Below the pieces are notes generated by a model. It saw nothing but the letters and a program-made list of their open reading frames with translations. It was not told where the DNA came from and did not search any database. Source: Alphaproteobacteria bacterium (GTDB taxonomy: Bacteria > Pseudomonadota > Alphaproteobacteria > Rickettsiales > UBA3002). From it: a DNA stretch of 64,000 bases. Below, in pieces: positions 1-8,444 of the stretch. The stretch spans positions 25,922 to 89,921 of the forward strand of contig JANRKD010000026.1 in the NCBI GenBank assembly GCA_033763655.1, given 5' to 3'. The translations under genes and the position numbers were made by a program. Position 1 is the first letter of the stretch; the number at the start of each line of letters is the position of its first letter.

Positions 1-1291
1 CGCCTTTGACGGCGGGAGCGAACACATTGCCATCGACCTCGGGCGCGTCGCCGCGTGTACGGCAAATGAGCCTGCCCTGCGCCACACCATCGACCATCAC
101 CAACTGCCGGCTACCGATTTTTTTCTGTAACTTCGCGGCCGAAATCGCCTGCGCCTTTTCCATGAAGCGGGCGAAACGCTCCTGCTTGATTTCTGCAGGC
201 ACGTGTCCATCCAGCGCTTGCGCCGTTGCACCGGTCACATTTTCGTATTCGAAACAGCCGACGCGGTCGAGCTGCACTTCCTCCATCCAATCGAGCAGGA
301 AGGTAAAATCTTCTTCCGTCTCCCCCGGGAATCCAACAATGAAGGTCGAGCGGAGGGTGAGATCGGGCACCTGCGCACGCCATTGCGCGATACGTGCAGC
401 GGTTTTTTCCTGATTGGCCGGGCGACGCATGGCCTTGAGCACACGGGGCGACGCATGCTGGAAGGGAATATCGAGATAGGGCAGGATTTTTCCCTCCGCC
501 ATCAACGGCAACACATCGTTTACACTCGGGTAGGGATAAACATATTGCAGCCGCACCCAGATGCCCAGTTCCGCCAGCGCTTCCGCGAGGCCAAACATGC
601 TGGTTTTCACTGCACGGTCGCGCCATGTATCGGGAGCATATTTTACATCCACGCCGTAGGCGCTGGTGTCTTGCGAAATGACCAGAAGTTCTTTTACACC
701 CGCTTTGGCAAGGGTTTCTGCTTCCCGCAGCACTTCGCCGACCGGACGGCTGACCAGATCGCCGCGCATCGACGGGATGATACAGAAGGCGCAGCGGTTG
801 TTGCAGCCCTCGGAGATTTTGAGATAGGCATAATGGCGTGGGGTGAGCTTCACGCCGCCGGGAGGTAATAAATCCATGAACGGTGCATGCGCTGCAGGCA
901 GCGCCGTGTGCACGGCCTCCATCACCGCTTCGTAATGCTGCGGGCCTGTCACCGCCAACACGTTGGGGTATTTCGCGGTGATAACCTCCGGCTCGGCGCC
1001 AAGGCAGCCGGTGACAATCACCTTACCGTTATCGTTCAGCGCCTCGCCAATCGCCGCCAGCGACTCCTCACGCGCGGAATCGAGAAAGCCGCAGGTGTTG
1101 ACAATCACCAGGTCGGATCCGGCATAATCCGGCGCGATCTCATAGCCCTCGGCGCGCAGTCGGGTGAGGATGCGCTCGGAATCAACCAGTGCCTTGGCGC
1201 AGCCGAGCGACACAAATCCCACGCGCGGCGCATGGGGTTTCAGGGGGCCGGAAGCGGCGGTGGTTTTTTTGGCGGCAGCGGCGCGGGCCAT
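1..1291 (-). CDS. rimO: Ribosomal protein S12 methylthiotransferase RimO (radical SAM, MiaB family); 3' end runs off the window start
   Basis: Absent from the supplied ORF track because there is no in-window stop. My translation of the minus strand from the ATG at 1291..1289 reads [50 protein letters not shown]. It contains the radical-SAM motif [13 protein letters not shown] and [20 protein letters not shown] lies 7 nt upstream of the ATG. Confidence 0.9.
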   Translation of the reverse strand, partial: MARAAAAKKTTAASGPLKPHAPRVGFVSLGCAKALVDSERILTRLRAEGYEIAPDYAGSDLVIVNTCGFLDSAREESLAAIGEALNDNGKVIVTGCLGAEPEVITAKYPNVLAVTGPQHYEAVMEAVHTALPAAHAPFMDLLPPGGVKLTPRHYAYLKISEGCNNRCAFCIIPSMRGDLVSRPVGEVLREAETLAKAGVKELLVISQDTSAYGVDVKYAPDTWRDRAVKTSMFGLAEALAELGIWVRLQYVYPYPSVNDVLPLMAEGKILPYLDIPFQHASPRVLKAMRRPANQEKTAARIAQWRAQVPDLTLRSTFIVGFPGETEEDFTFLLDWMEEVQLDRVGCFEYENVTGATAQALDGHVPAEIKQERFARFMEKAQAISAAKLQKKIGSRQLVMVDGVAQGRLICRTRGDAPEVDGNVFAPAVKG

Positions 1292-1362
1292 CGGGCTATT
1301 CCTCATTTTTTGTGAGGCTTAGAGCATAGCCGCCGCGCAGATGCAAGCCCGGGCGCGCCGCC

Positions 1363-1938
1363 TCACGAGCCATGAAAGCCAAATACCGGCTCCAACCGCT
1401 CGAACGTGCGCGACATCGCCTGCGCCTTCGTCCACCAGAAGGGAAACTCGGTGAGGTGGCCATAGCGCATCGAAAGCTGATCTTCCGCCGCCTCCTCGCC
1501 CCGTTTGGCGATGGCGGCAACATAAATCGCGGCGGCAAGGCCGGTACGATCCGCCCCCGCGTGGCAGTGGATGAGCGCCGGCTTGGGCGCGTCTTTCATC
1601 GCAGCGATCAAATCACTCACCTGCGCATCCGTCAGCTCGCGCGAGGATTTTATCCGAAAATCAATGTGGGTGATGCCCAGGGCCTTGCTGGCCGCGACTT
1701 CGTTATCATACCACGAGGAGCCGGTATTATCGCCGCGCAGGTTGATGACCGATTTAATGCCGTGATCGCGGGCGACTTCGGCCATCTGCTGCGGCGTAAG
1801 CTGCGCCGAGCGGTACAGCTCGCCCTCGACCACCGCATGGATATTACCAAACACATATTGCTGGATGCCGATGGCCGAAAAATACAGCGCCGCCACCAAC
1901 ACCACACCGGAAAAAATACGCAGAATCGTTTTTTTCAT
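1363..1938 (-). CDS. Membrane-anchored protein-tyrosine/dual-specificity phosphatase family protein
   Basis: ORF 1363..2082. The likely start is the internal MKKTILRIFSGVVLVAALYF (ATG at 1938), which forms an N-terminal TM/signal anchor. The CX5R P-loop is present as IHCHAGADRTG. Confidence 0.75.
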   Translation of the reverse strand: MKKTILRIFSGVVLVAALYFSAIGIQQYVFGNIHAVVEGELYRSAQLTPQQMAEVARDHGIKSVINLRGDNTGSSWYDNEVAASKALGITHIDFRIKSSRELTDAQVSDLIAAMKDAPKPALIHCHAGADRTGLAAAIYVAAIAKRGEEAAEDQLSMRYGHLTEFPFWWTKAQAMSRTFERLEPVFGFHGS

Positions 1939-2208
1939 AAGCCCCAGAGTAGGTGCAAGAGATTCCCGGTGTCCGTCAGCGGGCCAAAAACCGCCCACAC
2001 CACGGCCCTTTCCGGGCATTTTTCCTCTATACTGCCGGGGGCGCAAAAACTCAATGACAAAATGGGTTGAGATTGTCGGCAACAGTTGCTACACCTGCCC
2101 ACCTCGCGGACGAAACCTATCGTCAGCCGGAGGCGGGCGCAAGCTACGGCGCGCGGCGCGTGAGTGAATAAACATCGGCCCCCCGGCCATTCGGGCGGCA
2201 GATGGTGC

Positions 2209-2301
2209 GGAGGGGTGGCCGAGTGGCTGAAGGCGGCAGTTTGCTAAACTGTTGTAGGGGGTAAACCCCTACCGTGAGTTCGAATCTCATCTCCTCCGCC
2301 A
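2209..2301 (+). tRNA. tRNA-Ser (anticodon GCU), class II with long variable arm, CCA encoded
   Basis: GGAGGGGTGGCCGAGTGG...CAGTTTGCTAAACTG...GAGTTCGAATCTCATCTCCTCCGCCA. The 7-bp acceptor stem includes one G-U pair. The anticodon loop is TT-GCT-AA, the variable arm is GTAGGGGGTAAACCCCTAC, and the T-loop is GTTCGAATC. Confidence 0.95.
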
Positions 2302-2453
2302 TTAACCAAAGGCCACCACTGCGTGGCCTTTGGTTAATGAGGAGAATGATAGGTTTGCTCACGGTACGTGCGTTCGATTATTTACTTAGCGAGCATCGCG
2401 AGCTTAGGAAATAACGCGAAGCCCTTGCTGAGCATATCTCATCTCCTCCGCCA
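2296..2453 (+). repeat. 158-bp direct repeat, copy 1 (last 6 nt of tRNA-Ser + 15-bp-stem hairpin + spacer + 18-bp duplicate of the tRNA 3' end)
   Basis: CCGCCATTAACCAAAGGCCACCACTGCGTGGCCTTTGGTTAATGAGGAG...GCTGAGCATATCTCATCTCCTCCGCCA. ATCTCATCTCCTCCGCCA at 2436..2453 is identical to tRNA positions 2284..2301. A perfect hairpin lies at 2302..2337. Confidence 0.9.
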
Positions 2454-2820
2454 TTTTACAGCGAACCGCTGAAGTTCGCATAAGACCTCATTTGCAAGGT
2501 TCGAAAACAAAACCTGATCGGGCAAAAGCTATCAAAGAGGCTATGGATTTCCTTATGTTTTTAGGTTCGAATCTCAGTTTCAGAAATCAGAGAAATTTTG
2601 GTTTCATCGCGCAATTGACTTTTTCTTGTATTGAGGTATTGTGGTTTTGCTTTTGGAAAATAGTTTTCCGAAAGTGATATTACTGAAGAAACAAATTTGG
2701 TGTAGAGCACATCGAATTAGGAGAGATACCTTTTTCATATTAGCGCGTTTGCGCAGCTTTTCCCCTTACCAGTTTTGACAGTTTTATCTTTGTATAATTC
2801 ATTATATGGAGAGAAAAACC

Positions 2821-4398
2821 ATGTCTAACATTGCACTAGCTAACAATACCTCATCTTCTTACAGCTATAACAGCTCCCCCAATCCAGCAAAACTTATCGA
2901 GTCTCTACGTCACCTTGGCTACGATAATTACTCTGCGCTGGCAGACATAATCGACAACTCTTTTGATGCCGAAGCCAGTCACATCAAAGTGCTTATCCGC
3001 CAGAAGAATAAGCAGCAAGAAATCATTATCGCCGATAATGGCCACGGCATGGATGCCCATATTCTTGGTCAGGCTATTAGGTTGGGCTCTAACACTGAAA
3101 AAAATGCTGAAAGTGATTTAGGCAAATTTGGCATGGGGCTTTGCACTGCAAGCCTTTCTATCTGTCGCCAGACAACTGTAATTACAAAAACGGCTGATGG
3201 CAAAATGCTGAAAGCGGTGAATGATGTCGACGAAGTAATCCGACAAAATGCGTTCGTCAGCTATCTCGGTGAACCGACTTTCGAGGACAAAGCTTTATTT
3301 GAAGAACTTTTAGGAGACTCTGAGAGTGGAACTGTAATTGCCCTTCGTAAATGTGATAACCTCAGCCACAGCAGCAATACTACTAATTTTGCGAATCTGG
3401 CTATCAAGGAATTTGCCAGAATTTTCAGAAATTTCATCAAGGCTGGTATCAAGATTTCTGTAAACGACAAAGAATTATCTGCGATTGATCCATTGGAATG
3501 GGATGACCCGAAAACTGAGCACTATGACGATGGCTTTATCGAAATTGAAGTTGCGAACGAAGATGGAAAAACCGTTACAGAAAAAGTAGCGATTAAACTC
3601 GCTTTCCTAAAACCAAATGAAGAAAAAGGAGAAAAGGAGCGCGACTTTAACCAAAGAACTCAAGGCTTCTATGTGATGAGAAACAATCGCGAAATACTCA
3701 GCGCGAATGCACTTGGCTTGTTCATTAAACACAACTACCTCAACCGCTTTAGGGGCGAAATATCTTTTAGCGGCAATCTTGATAAGTTATTTGGCATCAA
3801 CTTCACAAAGAAGAACGTTGCCATGCATCAGTCGTTATCTGATAAATTAGCAGCTTATATTTCTCCTCAAGTGGCTTCTATTAAAAACAGGGAACAAAAG
3901 AAAACACGAAAAGAAACTCCAGAGAATATTACTGAAATTCATCAAGATGCTGCCAAAGAGATCGGCAAAAAAGCCAAGCTTTTAATGCGGCCTAAAGCCC
4001 CCAAAGAAAAGCGGGAATCTACTGGGGAAACTCCAGAACGCAAATCATCTGCTACTGAACCTAACCGCACCAGAGAGCCTGGTGAAAACAAGCAAGAGGG
4101 TTTTGCCGCTAATTGCGAGTTCAAGGCTGCCAGCATGGGAACTGGTGGCGTTATGTTTGACTCAGAACAGCGTGGTAGAACTACTGTGATTACGTATAAC
4201 TCCGATCATCCTTTCTATCAAAAATTTATTTTGGGTTACGGTGAAACAGATAGGGGTTTAGTTGCTGGCATAGACTATCTTATTTATAGCCTTGCATGCG
4301 CGGAACTAGCTCAGAATCTTGAAGAAGATGATGTGGCACAGCTTGTAAACAACTTCAAAACTATCGTATCTACTAACCTTAGAACACTATTGAGCTAA
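2821..4398 (+). CDS. GHKL-superfamily (MORC/HATPase_c_3-like) ATPase, orphan
   Basis: ORF 2806..4398. ATG 2821 (MSNIALANN) is preferred because GGAGAG lies 8 nt upstream. Bergerat-fold motifs are present: N box ALADIIDNSFDA (2941..2970), G1 DNGHGM (3034..3051) and G2 GKFGMG. A K/E/P-rich linker at about aa 365-440 is followed by a C-terminal domain. The gene is low-GC. Confidence 0.8.
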   Translation: MSNIALANNTSSSYSYNSSPNPAKLIESLRHLGYDNYSALADIIDNSFDAEASHIKVLIRQKNKQQEIIIADNGHGMDAHILGQAIRLGSNTEKNAESDLGKFGMGLCTASLSICRQTTVITKTADGKMLKAVNDVDEVIRQNAFVSYLGEPTFEDKALFEELLGDSESGTVIALRKCDNLSHSSNTTNFANLAIKEFARIFRNFIKAGIKISVNDKELSAIDPLEWDDPKTEHYDDGFIEIEVANEDGKTVTEKVAIKLAFLKPNEEKGEKERDFNQRTQGFYVMRNNREILSANALGLFIKHNYLNRFRGEISFSGNLDKLFGINFTKKNVAMHQSLSDKLAAYISPQVASIKNREQKKTRKETPENITEIHQDAAKEIGKKAKLLMRPKAPKEKRESTGETPERKSSATEPNRTREPGENKQEGFAANCEFKAASMGTGGVMFDSEQRGRTTVITYNSDHPFYQKFILGYGETDRGLVAGIDYLIYSLACAELAQNLEEDDVAQLVNNFKTIVSTNLRTLLS

Positions 4399-4408
4399 TA
4401 AATCTATC

Positions 4409-4435
4409 GAGGGTGGCTTGAAAAAAGTCACCCTC
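4409..4435 (+). terminator. Stem-loop just after the GHKL ATPase stop
   Basis: GAGGGTG-gcttgaaaaaagt-CACCCTC, 11 nt after the TAA. The tail aaatttctt is only weakly U-rich. Confidence 0.35.
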
Positions 4436-4578
4436 AAATTTCTTATGATTTCCGCCAGATAATGTAGTCCAAGGTTTTCTAGAAAGTTAGGGCGCATAAG
4501 CCGATAAACATAGGCCATATTCAACTTTACAATCGCTTGTCTGGTCTGCTCGCAGGTTCGCATAGCGTCTACAGTGTC

Positions 4579-4736
4579 CCGCCATTAACCAAGGGCCACC
4601 ACTGCGTGGCCTTTGGTTAATGAGGAGAATGATAGGTTTGCTCACGGTACGTGCGTTCGATTATTTACTTAGCGAGCATCGCGAGCTTAGGAAATAACGC
4701 GAAGCCCTTGCTGAGCATATCTCGTCTCCTCCGCCA
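4579..4736 (+). repeat. 158-bp direct repeat, copy 2 (att-like)
   Basis: Near-identical to 2296..2453, with a few substitutions (AAAGG->AAGGG in the hairpin, CTCATC->CTCGTC). It ends in ATCTCGTCTCCTCCGCCA (4719..4736). Confidence 0.9.
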
Positions 4737-4824
4737 CGGGGATGGGCGGCCATTTGTAATAATTCTGTAACAATCTCATGCTAGGATAAACATTATTGGA
4801 TAATGCTTAAAATACTGGATAAAT

Positions 4825-5799
4825 ATGGAAGCGACGATTTTAAATCATAATCAAGTCTTCAATACCTACGATGATCGTGAAGAGAAGCAGCTACAGATAT
4901 TTAAAGACTATGGCACGAAGACAGGATTGAGCGATCTGGCTATATTCCTTGGCGGCCGTTTGGGGTTGCCGCTTCGTAACCCAGATAAAACCAGCGATGG
5001 GCAACGCTCGGGTTTTGTCTACACTGCTTCGTCAGCTCGCGCAGAGATGTTCACTGTGCCAATAGGCAAGGTGAGCACAGTAGCCCCAACTGGTCGAGAA
5101 ACTCAAAGTGATTCGCAATCACGAACATGCGGCATACGCCTCGCCTTACCCCCCGAGGTAACATCTTCAATTTTGCCTGATAAAGAAAAAACGCATCCAA
5201 AAAATCAATCGCTAAGAATAGTTGAATACGGGGAATATCCGCAAAGCATAGCTTATGACAGCGAGGCGTTAGAGCATGAATTTCAGAAGCAACCTTTCGT
5301 CAAGACAGGTGCGCAATACACATTTGATGGCGAGGCGGCTGATGCGCACGATAAACCGTTTAACCCAATAAAATACGATGAATACGAGCATGACGACAAA
5401 CGTTATATCCGTGTAGAGGCGCGCCCAACGGTAAGCTATAAAGAGTGTTTGGATGGCCATTTGGAGAGCAACGCTATCCTATCAAACGGCCAGGAAGTGA
5501 AAGAGGGAGACATCGGCTGGATAGAAGTTCAGCCTGTCGAATGGCTCGCTGATCCATCAGGTTGGTGGGTGACAAAGCAAGGGTTGGTCGCTGGTGTTCA
5601 ATATGATGTCAAAAGAAAATATGACGGCAATTTTAATGAAACAAATGCAAATAAGTTCATCAACGAGGTGATGTTGAAAGAAATCCTGCCTGAAAGAGAT
5701 AGAGCCAAGATTGCTGGAACAATTCCACCCACTCGCGCTGATGGCAATAATTGGATTGACTCGCTTGGTGGTAGGTCTGGGCGTAAAATTGGCGAATAG
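4825..5799 (+). CDS. Hypothetical protein, paralog of 8445..9563
   Basis: 324-aa ORF in the second AT-rich segment. It shares multiple conserved blocks with ORF 8445..9563: YGTKTGLSDLA, DGQR.G.V..ASS, CG.R.ALP, VEYGEYPQ, DKPFN, YIRVEA.P, W.EVQP.EWL.DPSG, AGVQ.D, YDG.F..TN. Confidence 0.7.
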   Translation: MEATILNHNQVFNTYDDREEKQLQIFKDYGTKTGLSDLAIFLGGRLGLPLRNPDKTSDGQRSGFVYTASSARAEMFTVPIGKVSTVAPTGRETQSDSQSRTCGIRLALPPEVTSSILPDKEKTHPKNQSLRIVEYGEYPQSIAYDSEALEHEFQKQPFVKTGAQYTFDGEAADAHDKPFNPIKYDEYEHDDKRYIRVEARPTVSYKECLDGHLESNAILSNGQEVKEGDIGWIEVQPVEWLADPSGWWVTKQGLVAGVQYDVKRKYDGNFNETNANKFINEVMLKEILPERDRAKIAGTIPPTRADGNNWIDSLGGRSGRKIGE

Positions 5800-6376
5800 T
5801 TAACAAGCTATACATTAATGCTTAATCCTCATTTTTTACGCTTATTTAGCTGTCAAGAATACCATGCCTAGCGTAGTATTCATGACAGCAAAGTGGGTTT
5901 TGAGAGCCGCAGTTTGCCTCATGCCTTTTTATAACGAGAAGCGAGCGGTGTAACCAACAGACCGCCACCGTACGCCCTGCGGGCTTCGGGGGGCAGAGCG
6001 AGCGGTGTTTTTGGAGATAATAACTTCAAAGAAATTATTACCAAGAGGGTTCAGTCAATTAAGAATCACGCCATGCAGCTATCTCAAGGTGTGAACAACG
6101 TCTCGAGGTGTAACACAAAGATTTCATCGACACATTGCTCACCTAAGAATCAGAATCACACCGCCATAACCCGGCTCGCCGCCCTGCTTGACCTTCCGCC
6201 CGTTATCGGATAGGTTGGTTGCCCTGATGTCGTTGGTATGCTGGCGCGCGGCGCCACACCCTGCCACCGCTCAGCGGGTTCCCTTTCACAGGGTTCCGTT
6301 CCCGAAAGACGACCCTTAAAAAATCAAAAACACTACAGGCTGCCAGAGACAAGACCCCTACTACAGGAGGCACGTC

Positions 6377-7399
6377 ATGCGCGCAAGCAGGATGGTTCAC
6401 GAGATTACGCCGCTGGAAAAATCGGATATGCGCTACCGGCGCCTGTTTGAGACCGCGCGCGACGGCATCCTCATCCTCAGTTGCCCCGAGGGGAGAATCA
6501 GCGATGCCAACCCCTTCCTGACCGAAATGCTCGGCTACACGCTCGACGAACTGATCGGCAAGCGGCTTTGGGAAATCGGCGCGGTGACTGAGCAGAAAGC
6601 CGCGCCCGAAGCGTTTCCCGAGCTTATCACCAAAGGCTATATCCGCTGCGACGATTTGCCCCTGCGTCGCAAAGACGGCACCATCATCCATGTCGAAATG
6701 GTCAGCACCATCTACAATGTCGGCAGCGAGCGCGTCGTGCAATGCAACCTCAGGGATATCGCCGAGCGGAAGCTGGCAGAGAAGCAACTGCAGGAATACC
6801 AGAACTCCTTCGCCATCAGCATGCACGAAATGGTGAACACCCTCTCAACCCTGGTCGATCAGCGCGATCCTTATACGGCGGGGCATCAGGCACGGGTTTC
6901 GGATTTATCGGTGCAGATTGCCACGCAACTCGGCCTGCCCGCCCACACCATCGAGGGGATTCGCATGGGCGCCATGGTGCATGACATCGGCAAGGTCGCC
7001 ATTCCCGCAGAAATCCTGACCAAACCCACAAAATTGAATAGCTTCGAAACCGAAATGCTCAAAAACCATGTGCAGGCGGGCTACGATATCCTGAAGCATA
7101 TCCACTTCCCCTGGCCCGTGGCGCAAATTGTCCTGCAGCATCATGAGCGACTCGATGGCAGCGGCTACCCCAACGGCCTGAAGGGCGACAGCATCTGCGA
7201 GGAAGCCCGCATCATCGCCATCGCCGATTGCGTCGAGGCCATGGCCGGTGACCGGCCCTACCGCACCGCGCCTGGCATGGATGCCGCGCTTGAAATGCTT
7301 GAGGCCGACCGGGGCATCCTGTTTGATTTCGCCGCCGCGCAGGCCTGCCTGAAGCTATTTCGTGAGGAGCATTACGCCTTCAACTACCAGCATAGCTGA
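6377..7399 (+). CDS. PAS-sensor HD-GYP domain protein (putative c-di-GMP phosphodiesterase)
   Basis: AGGAGG lies 6 nt upstream of the ATG. The N-terminal PAS domain reads RYRRLFETARDGILIL...GRISDANPF. HD-GYP motifs are present: MVHDIGKVAIP and HHERLDGSGYPNGL. Confidence 0.9.
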   Translation: MRASRMVHEITPLEKSDMRYRRLFETARDGILILSCPEGRISDANPFLTEMLGYTLDELIGKRLWEIGAVTEQKAAPEAFPELITKGYIRCDDLPLRRKDGTIIHVEMVSTIYNVGSERVVQCNLRDIAERKLAEKQLQEYQNSFAISMHEMVNTLSTLVDQRDPYTAGHQARVSDLSVQIATQLGLPAHTIEGIRMGAMVHDIGKVAIPAEILTKPTKLNSFETEMLKNHVQAGYDILKHIHFPWPVAQIVLQHHERLDGSGYPNGLKGDSICEEARIIAIADCVEAMAGDRPYRTAPGMDAALEMLEADRGILFDFAAAQACLKLFREEHYAFNYQHS

Positions 7400-7427
7400 G
7401 CCGTCACCAGTCGCCAGCCCCTTCCGT

Positions 7428-7615
7428 GTCATGCCGTCTTTCATGACAGCCTACAGCTTTTTTTAAGGTAGGCAGACCCCGCAATCAATGCAGGGAGTGA
7501 AGGCAGGTGGTATCGTTTCGCGATTCTTTAATTCATCAGCTCTTCAGTTTTTCACTTCATCAACGCATCAATTCGCTACTGACTCAATTCGCCATTTCGT
7601 CAATTTCTCAAGTCG
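7428..7615. repeat. Degenerate copy of the modular intergenic repeat family (hairpin GTCATGCCGTCTTTCATGAC, GGTAGGCAGACCCCG, GTGAAGGCAGGTGGTATCG, TTCACTTCA tract, GCTACTGAC)
   Basis: Colinear short matches to 22675..23010: GTCATGCCGTCTTTATGAC, CGGTAGACCCCG, GTGAAGGATAGGTATGG, TTCACTTCC tract and the heptamer array. Confidence 0.55.
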
Positions 7616-7667
7616 CCGCCCGTAAAGAGCCATTTCCATCGGCAGGGGAAACTGTTATGCTCCGGGC

Positions 7668-8411
7668 ATGATTGCTGCCCCCCCTCGCACTTATGCCACG
7701 CTGCGCCACCCGACGATTGAAGCACTGGTCGGCGGGCATTACCGCTACCGCGAGCTGTCTGCGGCCAGGGCACGGTTTGACAGCATTACCGCCCATTTCA
7801 TATGCTCGAAGGATCTGCCGGAACCACCCGCAGAGATTGCCGCCGCCCTCCTTTGGATCAAAGGCTTCGCGGTCGGGGAAAGCGAGGCGCAGGCAGGCTA
7901 TACCGGGCATTTCGCCCGGATGGATATTATCCGCCGCCCGGACGGGCTTTTCACCCTGACCGCCCGCAAGCTTGAGCGCCCGCTCGCCACGCACCCGCAG
8001 AGAAAGCGCGCCGCTGGTAAGCATCCGAACATGGGGCACCCGGTCATGCGCGCGATTAAAAAGCGGAAAATCTACGCTAGCATCGAAGCGGCGCAGGCGG
8101 AGCTCGACCTGTTGCATCTGGATTTCCCGGAAGTGTCCATCCCCGGCGCAGGCAGGCTCTATATCATCCTCTACGAAAAGCGCGCAGGCAGCACGCGGCC
8201 AACGCACAAAATCGCCATCGAGATTGAACCCCATCCGCAAGGCGGCTACTTGCTTGCCATGCGCGACAACGAAAAACCCGCGCCTGCGTCGGCATCACCA
8301 TCCGCCCCGCCGCCGGGCGCCTTTACGGCGAAGGTACTGTTGCGCCAGAAGAAAAAACGTAAGAACCTCGGCCGTCCCGTCACCGGCCACACGCCGGAGG
8401 AGCAGGCGTAG
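7668..8411 (+). CDS. Hypothetical protein
   Basis: 247-aa ORF with backbone-like GC3-rich codon usage and a K/R-rich C-terminus. I recognise no motif. Overlapping ORFs in other frames look like high-GC artefacts. Confidence 0.5.
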   Translation: MIAAPPRTYATLRHPTIEALVGGHYRYRELSAARARFDSITAHFICSKDLPEPPAEIAAALLWIKGFAVGESEAQAGYTGHFARMDIIRRPDGLFTLTARKLERPLATHPQRKRAAGKHPNMGHPVMRAIKKRKIYASIEAAQAELDLLHLDFPEVSIPGAGRLYIILYEKRAGSTRPTHKIAIEIEPHPQGGYLLAMRDNEKPAPASASPSAPPPGAFTAKVLLRQKKKRKNLGRPVTGHTPEEQA

Positions 8412-8444
8412 GGATTGGCCTCCCGCCCCATGCGCCCGTGGTTA

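Larger units (their letters stand above)
2302..6170. mobile_element. tRNA-Ser-associated genomic islet(s), integrase-less, AT-rich (two segments: 2454..4578 and 4737..~6170)
   Basis: GC drops sharply by eye immediately 3' of the tRNA. There are three copies of the tRNA 3' end (2284..2301, 2436..2453, 4719..4736). GC returns to backbone level near 6170-6200, so the right boundary is approximate. No recombinase ORF lies within the window. Confidence 0.5.

Noticed and set aside
203-1315. Plus-strand ORFs 203..868 and 887..1315 (and 6..413, 111..626)
   Set aside because: They overlap the minus-strand rimO frame, which translates into an unmistakable radical-SAM methylthiotransferase.
2565-2576. 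GTTCGAATCTCA inside the islet, identical to 12 nt of the tRNA-Ser T-arm (possible fourth att remnant or tRNA fragment)
   Set aside because: Only 12 nt match and the flanks do not fold into a T-arm or acceptor stem. GTTCGAATC is a generic T-loop string, so the evidence is too weak to call.
2492-2677. 61-aa TTG-initiated ORF upstream of the GHKL ATPase
   Set aside because: It has no RBS, starts on TTG, and gives a hydrophobic/odd peptide in AT-rich DNA where random ORFs of this size are common.
2302-6170. Calling the tRNA-Ser islet an active integrative element or prophage
   Set aside because: No integrase, excisionase, replication or structural genes are present. Only att-like repeats and two or three cargo genes are seen, so it is reported as an islet or remnant with moderate confidence only.
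6203-6826. 207-aa minus-strand ORF at the right edge of the tRNA-Ser islet (a place where an integrase might be expected)
   Set aside because: It overlaps the PAS-HD-GYP gene in antisense and has no recombinase motifs (no R..H..R..Y pattern). It is a high-GC antisense artefact.
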